Source: Bacteroidia bacterium
GTDB lineage: Bacteria > Bacteroidota > Bacteroidia > SXHM01
Direction of reading: 5' to 3'
Length of the DNA: 64,000 nt
NCBI GenBank assembly: GCA_022072225.1
Contig: JAJVIC010000003.1
Coordinates: forward strand, 28,688 to 92,687
Shown: in pieces, positions 29,209-39,488 of the stretch
Numbering within the stretch: the stretch's first letter is position 1
Layout of the letters: each line of letters begins with the position of its first letter
Notes under the pieces: model-generated
Database searches by the model: none
Told to the model about the DNA's origin: nothing
What the model saw: the letters and a program-made list of their open reading frames with translations, nothing else
Position numbers and translations under genes: made by a program

Positions 29209-29790
29209 ATGAAACAGATCGACACAAAAGCTGCGTTGGAAAGTGCAGCCAAGGTTTTTGCCGAGGCGTTCCACAACTACCCGATCTATAAATTCTGCTT
29301 TCCGGATGAAATTGAGCGGAAACGTGTATTGCTGCTGCTGTTTCAGGCATCGGTAAAGTATATTTCGGAGTTTGCTTACTATGATGGCGATGAGAATGAT
29401 CCAAGGGCCATCCTATTGATTAATTCACCGACTGCAAAGGGTCCGGATGCCTGGCAAGCTATTGGTCTGCTCTTCGATTATGGTTATCGGCTGCCACTGA
29501 GAAGGACTTTGAAAATGCTGTCCATCTTCAAGGAATTTGAACGGGCGCGAATAAAGTCACCGCATTGGTATCTACAGGCGATTGCCGTCTCACCAACCCA
29601 ACAAGGAACGGGAATTGGAACTCGTACTTTGCAATTTGCACGCAGCTTAGCAGGCGATCTGCCCATTTGTCTTGAAACAAGCACGAGCGCAAACGCCAAG
29701 TTTTACTTGGGTCACGGATACGCGCAGCAGAAGCAATTTGTGACCCTGAATGGCAAGGGAACGGAAGTTTGGACGTTTGTTTCCAGATGA
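29209..29790 (+). CDS. GNAT family N-acetyltransferase
   Basis: HWYLQAIAVSPTQQGTGIG, LETS..N..FY...GY. Confidence 0.9.
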   Translation: MKQIDTKAALESAAKVFAEAFHNYPIYKFCFPDEIERKRVLLLLFQASVKYISEFAYYDGDENDPRAILLINSPTAKGPDAWQAIGLLFDYGYRLPLRRTLKMLSIFKEFERARIKSPHWYLQAIAVSPTQQGTGIGTRTLQFARSLAGDLPICLETSTSANAKFYLGHGYAQQKQFVTLNGKGTEVWTFVSR

Positions 29791-29837
29791 CCTGACAGGG
29801 CTTTTAAATTGGTGACACCTATTTTTTCTACCATAAG

Positions 29838-29910
29838 GTTGCCCGCTGGGGCTAAAGCCCCTAAAATCAATCTCAGCATATTGAATCCCCGCCCTGAAGG
29901 GCGGGGCAAC
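29838..29910. repeat. REP-like composite palindrome
   Basis: GGGGCTAAAGCCCC and CCCCGCCCTGAAGGGCGGGG hairpins bracketed by GTTGCCC/GGGCAAC, between convergent genes. Confidence 0.7.
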
Positions 29911-29955
29911 TGATGTATATTTACCGGATTCAGAATTCATAGAGAAATCAGGGTA

Positions 29956-32556
29956 CTAAAGCCCTATGCCCACTACCATTACATCATCTACCTGATCTTG
30001 TATACCTTTCCATTGTTCAAAGCGGTGAATGAGTTCTTCTTTTTGCTGTTCGGCAGCAAGGGGTGATACTTGCTCCAGTATGGTGATGAATTGGTTGAGT
30101 CCGATTTTTTTGTTTCGGGGTCCGCCAAACTGATCGCGGAAACCATCGGTGAAGAGGTAGAGCATATCGCCTTGTTTATACGCTATTTGTTGTGTTACAA
30201 AATGTTTGCGCACAGAGATGATGTATTTGCCAAGTCCGTAGCGGTTTGCTTTATGGAGGTTTGCTGTTTTAGCTGAAACAATTACTGCCGGGTGGTTTGC
30301 TCCGGCAAATTGTATTTTTTTGTTTTCGCGGTCTATAACGCAGAGGGATATGTCCATGCCGTCTTTTACAATTTCTTGTTTTTTCTGGGGCAATACTTTT
30401 TCTAATTCATAGTCCATTAGTTCCAGTATTTCGGAGGGGTTTATTATGCCTCTGTCAATAATTATGTGGTTAAGCATTTCAATGCCTATGATGCTCATGA
30501 AGGCTCCGGGAACTCCGTGTCCGGTGCAGTCAACGCAGGCTATTATAAGTTTGTTTTGTTTTTGGTGGAACCAGCAGAAATCACCGCTTACAATGGTGCA
30601 GGGTTTATTGAGGATGAAGGAGTGTTTGTGTTCGCGTTTGAGTATTTCTATGCTGGGGTATAGTGCTTTTTGCAGGCGTTGGGCATATACAATGCTGTCG
30701 GTAAGGTCTTTGTTTTTGCTTTCTATTATTTCTTTCTGGATGTTTATTTCTTGGGTGCGCTCGGCTACTTTGGTTTCGAGGGTGAGCATGGTTTTACGGT
30801 AGATTTCGGCTTTTTCGTTTTCGAGTTTTACCAGTTCGGTTATGTCTTGCATGGTGCCGGTAAGGGCTGTTATTTCGCCTTGTGGGTTTGGGGTTTGGCT
30901 TCCGCGGGCTTCAATGTGTTTTAGTTGGCCTGCATGGGTAATAATTCTGAAACGGTTGGGGCCGGTTTTTTTTGTTCCGTTTACGGTGTAGATGTTGGTT
31001 AGCACGCGTTCTTTGTCGTTGGGGTGTATAAAATCAAAGAGGCGTTCGAGGGTAAGGGTATGGTCTTGCTGTGTTATTTCGAACAGGGTGAGCAGTTCAT
31101 CGCTAAAGGTTATGCGGTTTGTTTCAAGGTTTAATTCCCAGCTGCCTACTTTGGCTATGCGTTGGGCTTCGCGCAGTTTTTGTTCGCTTTGGTGTATTTG
31201 GTTTTCTGATTGTTTGAGTTGGGTGATGTCTTCTTTTACGGCCAGGTAGTTGGTGATGGTTCCGTTGTTGTCAACAATGGGCGAAATAAGGGCGCGTTCC
31301 CAGTAAAGTTCTCCGTTCTTTTTTTTGTTGTGCAGTTCGCCTTTCCATTCTTTTCCGGCCGAGATGTTGTTCCAGAGGGTTCCATATTCTTGGGTGGTGG
31401 TGTGGCCTGATTTGAGGATGCGGGGGTTTTTGCCTATTACTTCTTGCGGGGTGTAGCCGCTGGTTTGGGTAAATTTTTTGTTTACGTATTGTATGTTTCC
31501 TTCTGTATCGGTTATTATAATGGTTGCCGAGCTTTGTTCTACCGCTTGCGATAGTTGTATTATTTGGTGTTGGGCTGCTTTGCGTTTGGTGATGTCTTTT
31601 ATGGAGTGCAGGGTTAGCAGGCCTTCGCGGGTTTCAATGGTGGTAAAGGCTATTTCGCAGGCAAAGGGGGTTTGGTCTTTTTTTATGCCGGTGTATTCGT
31701 GTTCATTTTCGTTGGGGTGTTGGGTAGTTTTTTTGGGTATCAGGTTTATAGCGGGGCTGCCTATTAGTTCTTTTTGGGTGTAGCCAAAGAGGCTTAGTGC
31801 CCGGTGGTTGGCATACTGTATTTGGCCTTGGGGATTGGTGCTTATGATGGCATAGGGTACGCCTTGCAGCAGTTGGCGAAAGCGCACTTCGCTTTGGTGC
31901 AGTTCTTTATTTTGGGTTTGCAGGCGTTGGTTGCTGCGGTATACCATGTACCCTATTATAAGCAGTATTATAAGGGTGAGCAGCAGCAGCAGGTTGATGA
32001 TGGTTTGGGTGTGGGTGATGTTGCGGTTGATGCCTTTACCTTTTAGGGTGCTTTGGTTAAGGTGGTGGGTTGATAGGCTATCGGTGGTGGCAAGAAACTG
32101 GTTGAATAGGGGTAGTTCCTCTTGATGAAAATAGCGGATGGCTTCTTGCATCTGTGTTTTGCTAAGGGCTAAAACGGTTTGGCGGTGGGCTGCCAGGTTT
32201 TCGCGTTTAGCAAGCATGGAATTAATGAGTTCTTTTTCGGTGTCATCTTCTGCAAGGGTTTGCAGTAGTTCAAGCCGGTTTTTGTTATCCTGGCTTAGTT
32301 TGTTTATAAGGCTTTCAAGGTTTTGGCGCTCTGCGGGGTCTTGGCTTTCAACTAAGTTATCGGTTGATAGCTGGAGTTGAAACATGTCGTTTCTGAAATC
32401 GTGGATGAGTTGGTTTTTGAGTATCAGCGTTTCGCTTAGGTTGCTGATATTACTACTTAACCTGCTTGCCGAAAAATAGAGCATCAGGGCTGCTGCGGCT
32501 AATACTGCCGATAGCAGCAGGTAGCCGATTACTATGTTGATGCGGGTATTGGGCAT
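29956..32556 (-). CDS. four-helix sensor + multi-PAS + SpoIIE/PP2C phosphatase
   Basis: Start MPNTR at 32556; two TMs, three PAS/PAC, VSGDF, DCTGHGVPGA, FTDG, QVDD. Confidence 0.9.
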   Translation of the reverse strand: MPNTRINIVIGYLLLSAVLAAAALMLYFSASRLSSNISNLSETLILKNQLIHDFRNDMFQLQLSTDNLVESQDPAERQNLESLINKLSQDNKNRLELLQTLAEDDTEKELINSMLAKRENLAAHRQTVLALSKTQMQEAIRYFHQEELPLFNQFLATTDSLSTHHLNQSTLKGKGINRNITHTQTIINLLLLLTLIILLIIGYMVYRSNQRLQTQNKELHQSEVRFRQLLQGVPYAIISTNPQGQIQYANHRALSLFGYTQKELIGSPAINLIPKKTTQHPNENEHEYTGIKKDQTPFACEIAFTTIETREGLLTLHSIKDITKRKAAQHQIIQLSQAVEQSSATIIITDTEGNIQYVNKKFTQTSGYTPQEVIGKNPRILKSGHTTTQEYGTLWNNISAGKEWKGELHNKKKNGELYWERALISPIVDNNGTITNYLAVKEDITQLKQSENQIHQSEQKLREAQRIAKVGSWELNLETNRITFSDELLTLFEITQQDHTLTLERLFDFIHPNDKERVLTNIYTVNGTKKTGPNRFRIITHAGQLKHIEARGSQTPNPQGEITALTGTMQDITELVKLENEKAEIYRKTMLTLETKVAERTQEINIQKEIIESKNKDLTDSIVYAQRLQKALYPSIEILKREHKHSFILNKPCTIVSGDFCWFHQKQNKLIIACVDCTGHGVPGAFMSIIGIEMLNHIIIDRGIINPSEILELMDYELEKVLPQKKQEIVKDGMDISLCVIDRENKKIQFAGANHPAVIVSAKTANLHKANRYGLGKYIISVRKHFVTQQIAYKQGDMLYLFTDGFRDQFGGPRNKKIGLNQFITILEQVSPLAAEQQKEELIHRFEQWKGIQDQVDDVMVVGIGL

Positions 32557-32684
32557 AAGGTGCGAGGGCCGGATATGCGTTTTTTTAAAACCGAATGCTA
32601 TACGCACAAAGGGTTATAAAAGTTGGAAGCATTTTTAAGAAAGAAAAAACTCCCCAATAGTTGTCCTTTTGGTCATATACCTGC

Positions 32685-32698
32685 ATGAGCAAAATCAT
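32685..32698 (+). promoter_or_regulatory. Crp/Fnr-type operator
   Basis: ATGA-GCAAAA-TCAT-AGTTT; TTTG at 32725-32728 on + strand. Confidence 0.75.
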
Positions 32699-32778
32699 AG
32701 TTTTTGCTGACACAGCGCATTTACTTTGGCGCGAACAAAACAGTCCACTACATGGTAAAGGGTTATATTAAAACTTCA

Positions 32779-32860
32779 AGGGCTGCCTACATCTTAAGGC
32801 GGGCTACGCTGCTGTGGGGGCAGCAAGCCCTGCCCGGTGCAGGGGGTGAGCCCTCTGCAG
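32779..32860 (+). other. GC-rich double hairpin, possible structured RNA leader
   Basis: GGGCT-ac-GCTGC...GCAGC-a-AGCCC (32801-32830) and TGCAGGGGG-TGAG-CCCTCTGCA (32838-32859). Confidence 0.45.
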
Positions 32861-32928
32861 GTAAATACCTCACTTGTTACGATAATGAACAGGACTTTTG
32901 GTTTCAACCTGTTAGCGGCAACCCTGAA

Positions 32929-33213
32929 ACTGCCGGCAATTTGCCAGCCACTGCCGGCAATAAGTCAGCCACTGCCGGCAATAAGTTAGCCACTGCCGGC
33001 AATAAGTTAGCCACTGCCGGCAATAAGTCAGCCACTGCCGGCAATAAGTTAGCCACTGCCGGCAATAAGTCAGCCACTGCCGGCAATAAGTTAGCCACTG
33101 CCGGCAATAAGTCAGTCACTGCCGGCAATCAGCCATCCACTGCCGGCAATCAGCCATCCACAGCCGGCAATAAGTTAGCCACTGCCGGCAATAAGTCAGT
33201 CACTGCCGGCAAT
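32929..33213 (+). repeat. 21-bp tandem array, 14 copies of ACTGCCGGCAAT with 9-nt variable linkers
   Basis: Cores every 21 bp from 32929 to 33202; linkers aagttagcc, aagtcagcc, aagtcagtc, cagccatcc, ttgccagcc. Confidence 0.95.
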
Positions 33214-33261
33214 TATTCACATATATAACTCAATATACATTAACCCTAACCCTAAAAACCT

Positions 33262-33951
33262 ATGGCAACAGACTTTGTAAAACAAAACGACCTCGAGTTT
33301 GTAAGTCAGCTCGAGCAAATGAAAGCTAACCTGCCCACCTATCTGGCAGTTCTGGGGCTGTCGGCAGCCGACATGGGGCTTGCCAACACCATGGCCGATG
33401 CCATGGCATGGATAGTATTGCGCAACAATGCCGCACCCGGTTTTACGCAGGACTGGAGCAAACTGCGTGACCAGGTGCGCCTGGGCATTGGAGGCGATAT
33501 TCTGCAACCCATGCCCGTACCCCCCGATGTTACTACCCCACCGGCTATCATACCGGTTAACATCGAGAAAAAATACCGGGCCCTGGTAAAACGCATAAAA
33601 AGTTCTGATGCCTACACCACCGGAATAGGCGAAAACCTGGGCATTGAAGCGCCCAAAACCATTCCCGATTTCAGCACCTACAAACCCGTGTTTAAACTGA
33701 AACTCACAGCCGGGCAGGTGCTTATAATCTGGAAAAAACTGCAGGCACAGGGCATAAATATTTATAAAAAGGTTGACAACGGGGCATGGTTTAAACTTGA
33801 TTTTGATGGCACCCCCAACTACCTTGATACCAGCGCCACACCCCCCGCAGGCATTACCCAAAACTGGAGCTACAAACTGCGCTACGTAAAAGGCGATGTT
33901 GAAGTAGGCGAGTTCAGTGATGTGATGAGCATTACCGTGGCAGGGGCGTAG
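33262..33951 (+). CDS. uncharacterised protein, helical N-terminus and FN3-like C-terminus
   Basis: 229 aa, no signal peptide; RALVKRIK...YTTGIGENLGI, W.K...G..IY, WSYKLRY...VGEFSD. Confidence 0.8.
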   Translation: MATDFVKQNDLEFVSQLEQMKANLPTYLAVLGLSAADMGLANTMADAMAWIVLRNNAAPGFTQDWSKLRDQVRLGIGGDILQPMPVPPDVTTPPAIIPVNIEKKYRALVKRIKSSDAYTTGIGENLGIEAPKTIPDFSTYKPVFKLKLTAGQVLIIWKKLQAQGINIYKKVDNGAWFKLDFDGTPNYLDTSATPPAGITQNWSYKLRYVKGDVEVGEFSDVMSITVAGA

Positions 33952-33968
33952 GAAACAGAAAAAGTATT

Positions 33969-34001
33969 AAGGTTCTGCCTTACTGAAAGGCAGAACCTTT
34001 T
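33969..34001 (+). terminator. intrinsic terminator
   Basis: AAGGTTCTGCCTT-actga-AAGGCAGAACCTT 13-bp stem plus T tract. Confidence 0.85.
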
Positions 34002-34030
34002 AATTTAAAAATTACAAGTTACAAGGCAAC

Positions 34031-34393
34031 ATGCCCCAATCAAAAATAAAAAATCAAACATTAACAAACACCCTGCGCACCCTTACCCTGCTGCTGCTTA
34101 CAGCAATTGCCCTGCTGTGGCCAAGCACCACCGCCCACGCCCAAACACTAAACTGGCAACTGACACAAACATTACCCGATATGGATGCCTATTATGTGCC
34201 CCCATTTACCTATCCTGTTCAATATACCGGCACTTTTAATGCCCCGCAGCCACACCCTGCTGCCCACATCCGCAGGTTAAACATTGATTACCGCGCAAAA
34301 ACATTTAAAGAATTCTGCCAGCTTATAGTCCTGAAAATAAAAGCAAGCAATGTGATTGACCTCAACAACCAAAGGAAACTGAAACCAAATTAA
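34031..34393 (+). CDS. hypothetical secreted protein, possibly truncated
   Basis: Signal peptide ending AHA-Q. Confidence 0.45.
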   Translation: MPQSKIKNQTLTNTLRTLTLLLLTAIALLWPSTTAHAQTLNWQLTQTLPDMDAYYVPPFTYPVQYTGTFNAPQPHPAAHIRRLNIDYRAKTFKEFCQLIVLKIKASNVIDLNNQRKLKPN

Positions 34394-34404
34394 AACCGGC
34401 AATC

Positions 34405-35442
34405 ATGATTTATAAATTCAATCTCATTGAAAAAATACTGCTCAACAACGATATAATACCCCATCCCTTTGCCGATGCCTCCTCATCCGTAGGGCTGGGC
34501 TTTGCACTGGGCTGCTCTGTAAAACTTAAAATAGCCGATGCTCTTAAAACCGAATACCAGCCGGTAAGCACCATAGCCGCAAAAGCAGGAGTAAGCGAAA
34601 TAGGCTGCGAACTTATACTCGACTGCTTAGATGCCCTTGGCTACGTGCAGAAAAAAGAAAACAACTACGCTTTTACCAAACGCGGATACAAAACACTTTC
34701 ACCCCAATCGCCCCAAAATTTCAGGTATTTCATACTCTTCTGCGATTACCTGTATAAAGGATATGCCAACATTGACCAAACAATTATACTCGGGCACCGC
34801 CCCGAGTCAAACATGCTTGAAAAAATGAGCGACCATGAGTGGGAGCTGTTTTCAAGAGCCATGATAGACATTTCAAGAACCAATGTAAAAGAAGTATGCG
34901 GTAAAATACCTGTAGCCAAAACAGCCGTCAAAATGCTCGACCTCGGAGGCTCACACGGGCTATACAGCATAGAACTATGCAAAAAAAATCCCCAACTTAA
35001 AGCCACCATCATAGACCTTCCACCGGTAAAAAAATACAATGACGAGTGTGTGGCAGCGCATAATGCAGGCAAACAGGTTTCATTCATCCCCTCCGATTTT
35101 ATGAAAGATAAACTGCCCCAGGGTAACCACATTATACTTGCCTTCAACATCATCCACGGACTTAACCCCCGCGAAAACCAGCAGCTTGCCAAAAAAGTAT
35201 TTGAAGCACTTAACCCGGGCGGTATCTACGTAATTCTTGACCAGATAAAAGGAATAGGCGGCAGCTCACAATTATCAAAAGCAACCACCTCCTATATGGC
35301 GCTAAACCTGCTGCATCAGGCAGGCGGCAAAACCTATTCAAAAAACGAAGTAGATGAAATTGCCTACAAAGCAGGCTTTGAAAAAACCGAACTCAAAAAA
35401 CTAAACGCCCCCGGATTTGGCGTAATTATTTGTAAGAAATAA
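34405..35442 (+). CDS. O-methyltransferase family 2 with dimerisation domain
   Basis: LDCLDALGY, MLDLGGSHG, DLP, FNIIH, LNPGG. Confidence 0.9.
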   Translation: MIYKFNLIEKILLNNDIIPHPFADASSSVGLGFALGCSVKLKIADALKTEYQPVSTIAAKAGVSEIGCELILDCLDALGYVQKKENNYAFTKRGYKTLSPQSPQNFRYFILFCDYLYKGYANIDQTIILGHRPESNMLEKMSDHEWELFSRAMIDISRTNVKEVCGKIPVAKTAVKMLDLGGSHGLYSIELCKKNPQLKATIIDLPPVKKYNDECVAAHNAGKQVSFIPSDFMKDKLPQGNHIILAFNIIHGLNPRENQQLAKKVFEALNPGGIYVILDQIKGIGGSSQLSKATTSYMALNLLHQAGGKTYSKNEVDEIAYKAGFEKTELKKLNAPGFGVIICKK

Positions 35443-35460
35443 ACCACAACATACATAATT

Positions 35461-36492
35461 ATGAAGAACATTATTATTATCCCGCTTGCATTTTTTATGC
35501 TGCATTCACCAAAGCTCTTTTCGCAAGACGCTGCTGTTAAAGCTTACAACAATTATGACTTTGTTCCCGGTGAAATAGTTGTGTTTGATGACGATTTTTC
35601 GTCAGCACAGGATGGCGAGTTTCCACCCCGCTATGATTTAATAAACGGGCAGGGAGTAGTTAATGTTATGAATAAAGAAAAAGTGTTTGTGTTTACCGAT
35701 GCTTCAACAGGAAACATGGGCCGCATCACACCTTTCATTACTAAAAATAATAAGCGTGACTATAATTATTTAAATGAAAGCTTTACGGTAGAAGCAGATT
35801 TTATGGTTCCGGAAGACGAAACGTTTGCCCTGTATTTTAAAGACAATGCAGAAGATGAAGGACGTTTTATTTCAGTTGAAGGCAACGGAATAATTAAAGA
35901 AAATTATTTTGACCTTGGTTTGCAGGCCAACTATCCTAACGAAGAAATGTTATTTGGCAAATGGCATCATTTTGCAATGGCCTACAAAAACGGGCAAATG
36001 AAAATTTATATCAATCAGCACCGTGTGCTGGTAATACCAAACTGCAAATTTCAGCCCGTGGCGTTGCTGTTTGGCGGTTCATTAAACGTTGCATTCAAGA
36101 ATGTGAAAATTGCCCTTGGTGGCGGAATGAATATGCTTGATAAAATTGCCACTGAAGGAAAATTTATTACGCATGCCATAAAGTTTGAATCAGCTAAAGC
36201 CGACCTGAAACCTGAAAGTATGGGCTTTATAAATGAACTTGCAAAATGGCTGAAAGCAAACCCTGCTGTTAAACTTGAAATTGGCGGACATACCGACAGC
36301 GATGGCAGCGATGGCGATAACCTTGCACTTTCTGAACTGCGCGCCACACGCGTAAAACAACAACTTAAACTCTCAGGTATTGACGAAAGCAGACTTACAG
36401 TTAAAGGCTATGGAGAAACCAAACCTATCAGCGACAATACTACTTCTGAAGGAAAAGCCAACAACCGCAGAGTTGAGTTTACAAAACTATAA
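35461..36492 (+). CDS. OmpA family protein
   Basis: YDFVPGE, GEFP; C-terminal GHTDSDG...LSELRA...NRRVEF. Confidence 0.9.
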   Translation: MKNIIIIPLAFFMLHSPKLFSQDAAVKAYNNYDFVPGEIVVFDDDFSSAQDGEFPPRYDLINGQGVVNVMNKEKVFVFTDASTGNMGRITPFITKNNKRDYNYLNESFTVEADFMVPEDETFALYFKDNAEDEGRFISVEGNGIIKENYFDLGLQANYPNEEMLFGKWHHFAMAYKNGQMKIYINQHRVLVIPNCKFQPVALLFGGSLNVAFKNVKIALGGGMNMLDKIATEGKFITHAIKFESAKADLKPESMGFINELAKWLKANPAVKLEIGGHTDSDGSDGDNLALSELRATRVKQQLKLSGIDESRLTVKGYGETKPISDNTTSEGKANNRRVEFTKL

Positions 36493-36496
36493 TGCA

Positions 36497-36865
36497 ATGA
36501 AACAACACATCTTACTTATAGCAGTAATTTTATTAATTGCCTCCTGCAAACAAAAACCACAACCCATACCCGATGGAGGCGATTGCGCTTATAAAACAAC
36601 CAACTACCCCGCCACCATTATTGAAATAACCGCAACCGACAGTGCCCATAGTGAACTAACGCTTGTAGCTGTTATGGACAGTAACCGCACTGATACACTT
36701 TATTACAGCCAGCAGTTCAGCACCTACATTACCAATGAAGAACTGGTAAACAAAAATATAAAACAAGGCGACCGCTGGAACTACCAATACAAACAAATCA
36801 TCAGCGGCTCCTGCACCCCCGATATTTATGTGCTCACCAACCAACCCTATTCAGACCCCAATTAA
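36497..36865 (+). CDS. hypothetical lipoprotein
   Basis: MKQH start, lipobox IASC, GGDC.Y...GSCTP. Confidence 0.7.
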   Translation: MKQHILLIAVILLIASCKQKPQPIPDGGDCAYKTTNYPATIIEITATDSAHSELTLVAVMDSNRTDTLYYSQQFSTYITNEELVNKNIKQGDRWNYQYKQIISGSCTPDIYVLTNQPYSDPN

Positions 36866-36893
36866 CCATTAATTATGAAAAGGAGGAACCAAC

Positions 36894-38873
36894 ATGAAAA
36901 CACTAACTCATTACACAGCCGTTTTACTCACATTCTTTTGCAGCCTCAATGCAAACGCCCACGAAGGCATTTTTTTCGTGAAAACAGTTACCAATAATGC
37001 CGATATCTATTACATGCCCGATGACGAAAACCCATCCAATGTTGTGCGCCTTACCACCCATGCGGGCATTGACAACCACCCCGATGTTTACATCATGAGC
37101 ACCCCGCCCTACGATACCGTAGTGGTATGGAGCACCGACCGCGATGGCAATTTTGAACTCTACATGGGAACCCTTCCCGACCTGGAAGCCACTGCCACCC
37201 GCCTTACCACCAACAACTATCCCGACCGTCACCCCCACTTCTCAGCCAACGGCACCAAAATAATTTATACCGCCAAATACAATTTCGAACCCTCAACCGT
37301 TTGCCCCAAAGACGAATGTTCCATCCCCGTTTCAGCCCCATGCGGATGGTATGAAGGCATACGCATACTCAGCCTTAACAACATGACCATTGTTGACCTC
37401 GACTTCCGCAACATGACCATTACCGGGGGCGGAACCTGGCCCAACCTATTCTCAACATGGGTAGGGCATCCCTGCTTTTCGCAGAACGAAAGCAAACTCC
37501 TCTTCTCAGCCGCCCTTGACGAAGCCGGCAGCGACTGGGAAGTATATTCCGTAGATTTTACATCACCCAACATCCTGAGCAACCTTACCCAGATAACCCT
37601 GGGCAGCCTTTATCCCGCCAACCCCAACCCCATACCCATGAGCGCGGGAGCCACCTTTATTGATAACGATACCCGCATACTCTACTCCTCAACCCGCACC
37701 CCGCTGGGCAACTCGCTGCTATTTAGTATTCCCGCCACATCGGTAGCAGCGCCCGTTAGCCCCCTTAACCAGCTTACCTGGCACTACGGCAATGATTATG
37801 TGCCCGAACAATTAACCAACGGAACCATACTCTACACCTCAGACCTGGGACCCAATAACATCTGCCCCCCGCCCGATACAGGCGCCACCGATGACCTCGA
37901 CCTCTGGTTCATAAACCCCAACGGAACAGGATGGCAAAACCTTACCGATAACGATCTGAACAACGAGCAGCAACTTATCGGTGATGAAGTATCATGGTTC
38001 TGCGGAGTAAAACCCAACCTGAGCGAGTGCACCGTATTCCCCAAAGCATGGAACATCTGCTGGTTCCGCGAAGTAATGCAAATGGCGCAAAGCCCCACCT
38101 ACCTGCCCGATTTTCCGCACCGCAGCCTGTATCCCATCTTTTACAATACCGTGTGCAACTACATTTACCAACACGACCCGCTCTATTACCAGCAATTGCA
38201 GCAGGCACTTTTAACCTATGAAGTTCCCTGCACCCACTCCTGGATGGATGTGCCCTCATGGTGGATAATCCCCTCCATGTTCGAAAAGTGGGACCATAAC
38301 TTACCCGCCTCACCCGCCCTGATATTGCCACCCAACAAATCAACTATTAACAATGCGCCTATCCTCCACACCTGGACACTTCTTGAAGAAGCCCAAACCT
38401 ACGGCATTGAAATAGATGATGACCCCTCGTTCCAAACACCTGTTGTGCAACTGTCGGGTTTACTTACACCACAATACAACGGCTCACTGCCCAATGGATT
38501 ATACTACTGGAGAGCCAGCGCCACCAACACCTACGGCACCACCTGGTCAACCGTTTGGTATTTCACCGTTGATATTACCACAGGCATTGAAACCCTGAAC
38601 ACAGAGGCAGCGAAGGAGATGAAACTGAATCTTCAACCCAATCCCTTCAGCAACGAAACCACTATTCAACTTTCGCTGCCCCAAAACGATGCGGTAAAAT
38701 TGTCGGTTTATAATGTGGAAGGAAAATTAGTTCAACAACTTCTGCAGCAAAATCTTGCAGCCGGAGTTCATCAAATCCGCTGGAATGCGCAGCACCTTGC
38801 TGCCGGCAAGTATTTATGCCGCCTGGAAACAGCCGGAAATTCGCTGACAAAAAAGATAATAATTACAAAGTAA
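36894..38873 (+). CDS. T9SS protein with TolB/PD40-like propeller repeats
   Basis: RLTT...D.HP.FS repeats, STDRDGNFELY, FN3-like YYWRA, CTD QPNPF...KKIIITK. Confidence 0.85.
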   Translation: MKTLTHYTAVLLTFFCSLNANAHEGIFFVKTVTNNADIYYMPDDENPSNVVRLTTHAGIDNHPDVYIMSTPPYDTVVVWSTDRDGNFELYMGTLPDLEATATRLTTNNYPDRHPHFSANGTKIIYTAKYNFEPSTVCPKDECSIPVSAPCGWYEGIRILSLNNMTIVDLDFRNMTITGGGTWPNLFSTWVGHPCFSQNESKLLFSAALDEAGSDWEVYSVDFTSPNILSNLTQITLGSLYPANPNPIPMSAGATFIDNDTRILYSSTRTPLGNSLLFSIPATSVAAPVSPLNQLTWHYGNDYVPEQLTNGTILYTSDLGPNNICPPPDTGATDDLDLWFINPNGTGWQNLTDNDLNNEQQLIGDEVSWFCGVKPNLSECTVFPKAWNICWFREVMQMAQSPTYLPDFPHRSLYPIFYNTVCNYIYQHDPLYYQQLQQALLTYEVPCTHSWMDVPSWWIIPSMFEKWDHNLPASPALILPPNKSTINNAPILHTWTLLEEAQTYGIEIDDDPSFQTPVVQLSGLLTPQYNGSLPNGLYYWRASATNTYGTTWSTVWYFTVDITTGIETLNTEAAKEMKLNLQPNPFSNETTIQLSLPQNDAVKLSVYNVEGKLVQQLLQQNLAAGVHQIRWNAQHLAAGKYLCRLETAGNSLTKKIIITK

Positions 38874-38938
38874 AACCCTGATACGCTAAAAAAAACCATG
38901 AACTACACTCACGAATTCCTAAAAAAAGCTATTCTCAA

Positions 38939-39472
38939 ATGAGTAAACACCTTCTTATTATTCCCTTGACTTTTTTTATGCCTCTGCTATCATTTTTAGT
39001 AGTTGCCGCAGGCGCACAACCCGCCCTTGACTGCGCCAAAGTAAAAGAATTCATCAGCAACGTAAGCAACAAAGGACAAGGACTAAAAGGCGAACTGGTA
39101 AAAAAAACACAATACCAGGGAACCGATTACAAAGCCCTGAAAACCATTACCCCAAAGGCAGCAGCCACCTATAACGAAACCATTTTAGCAGATGAAATAG
39201 GCGGAATAACCACCACCATAACCTATGGCGAAGACCTTTACACCACCAAAACCCAAACCGATGCAGAACAAAAATGCCAACAATACATAAACCAATTAAA
39301 AAACTGCGGCTACACCGACTGGGAACCACACTTAAAAGAAGCCAACCGCAAAGAATATACTTATATTGACTACACCGATACAGGCGACCTCTATCTCTAC
39401 CTCGGCTACCAGTTAGTTGACCAAACCGATTGGATAATCTATTTAGATATAAGCTGGACAGTATATAAATAA
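38939..39472 (+). CDS. hypothetical secreted protein
   Basis: Signal peptide, 177 aa. Confidence 0.65.
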   Translation: MSKHLLIIPLTFFMPLLSFLVVAAGAQPALDCAKVKEFISNVSNKGQGLKGELVKKTQYQGTDYKALKTITPKAAATYNETILADEIGGITTTITYGEDLYTTKTQTDAEQKCQQYINQLKNCGYTDWEPHLKEANRKEYTYIDYTDTGDLYLYLGYQLVDQTDWIIYLDISWTVYK

Positions 39473-39488
39473 CCCCACCATCACCACC

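Noticed and set aside
30070-32380. Many short + strand ORFs
   Set aside because: Antisense shadows of the PAS-SpoIIE gene caused by its skewed codon usage
32779-32860. Known riboswitch (for example Moco or cobalamin)
   Set aside because: Hairpins are present but I recognise no conserved aptamer motif; an Rfam/Infernal search is needed
32929-33213. CRISPR array interpretation
   Set aside because: 12-nt repeat with 9-nt linkers that recur; no unique spacers and no cas genes in the window
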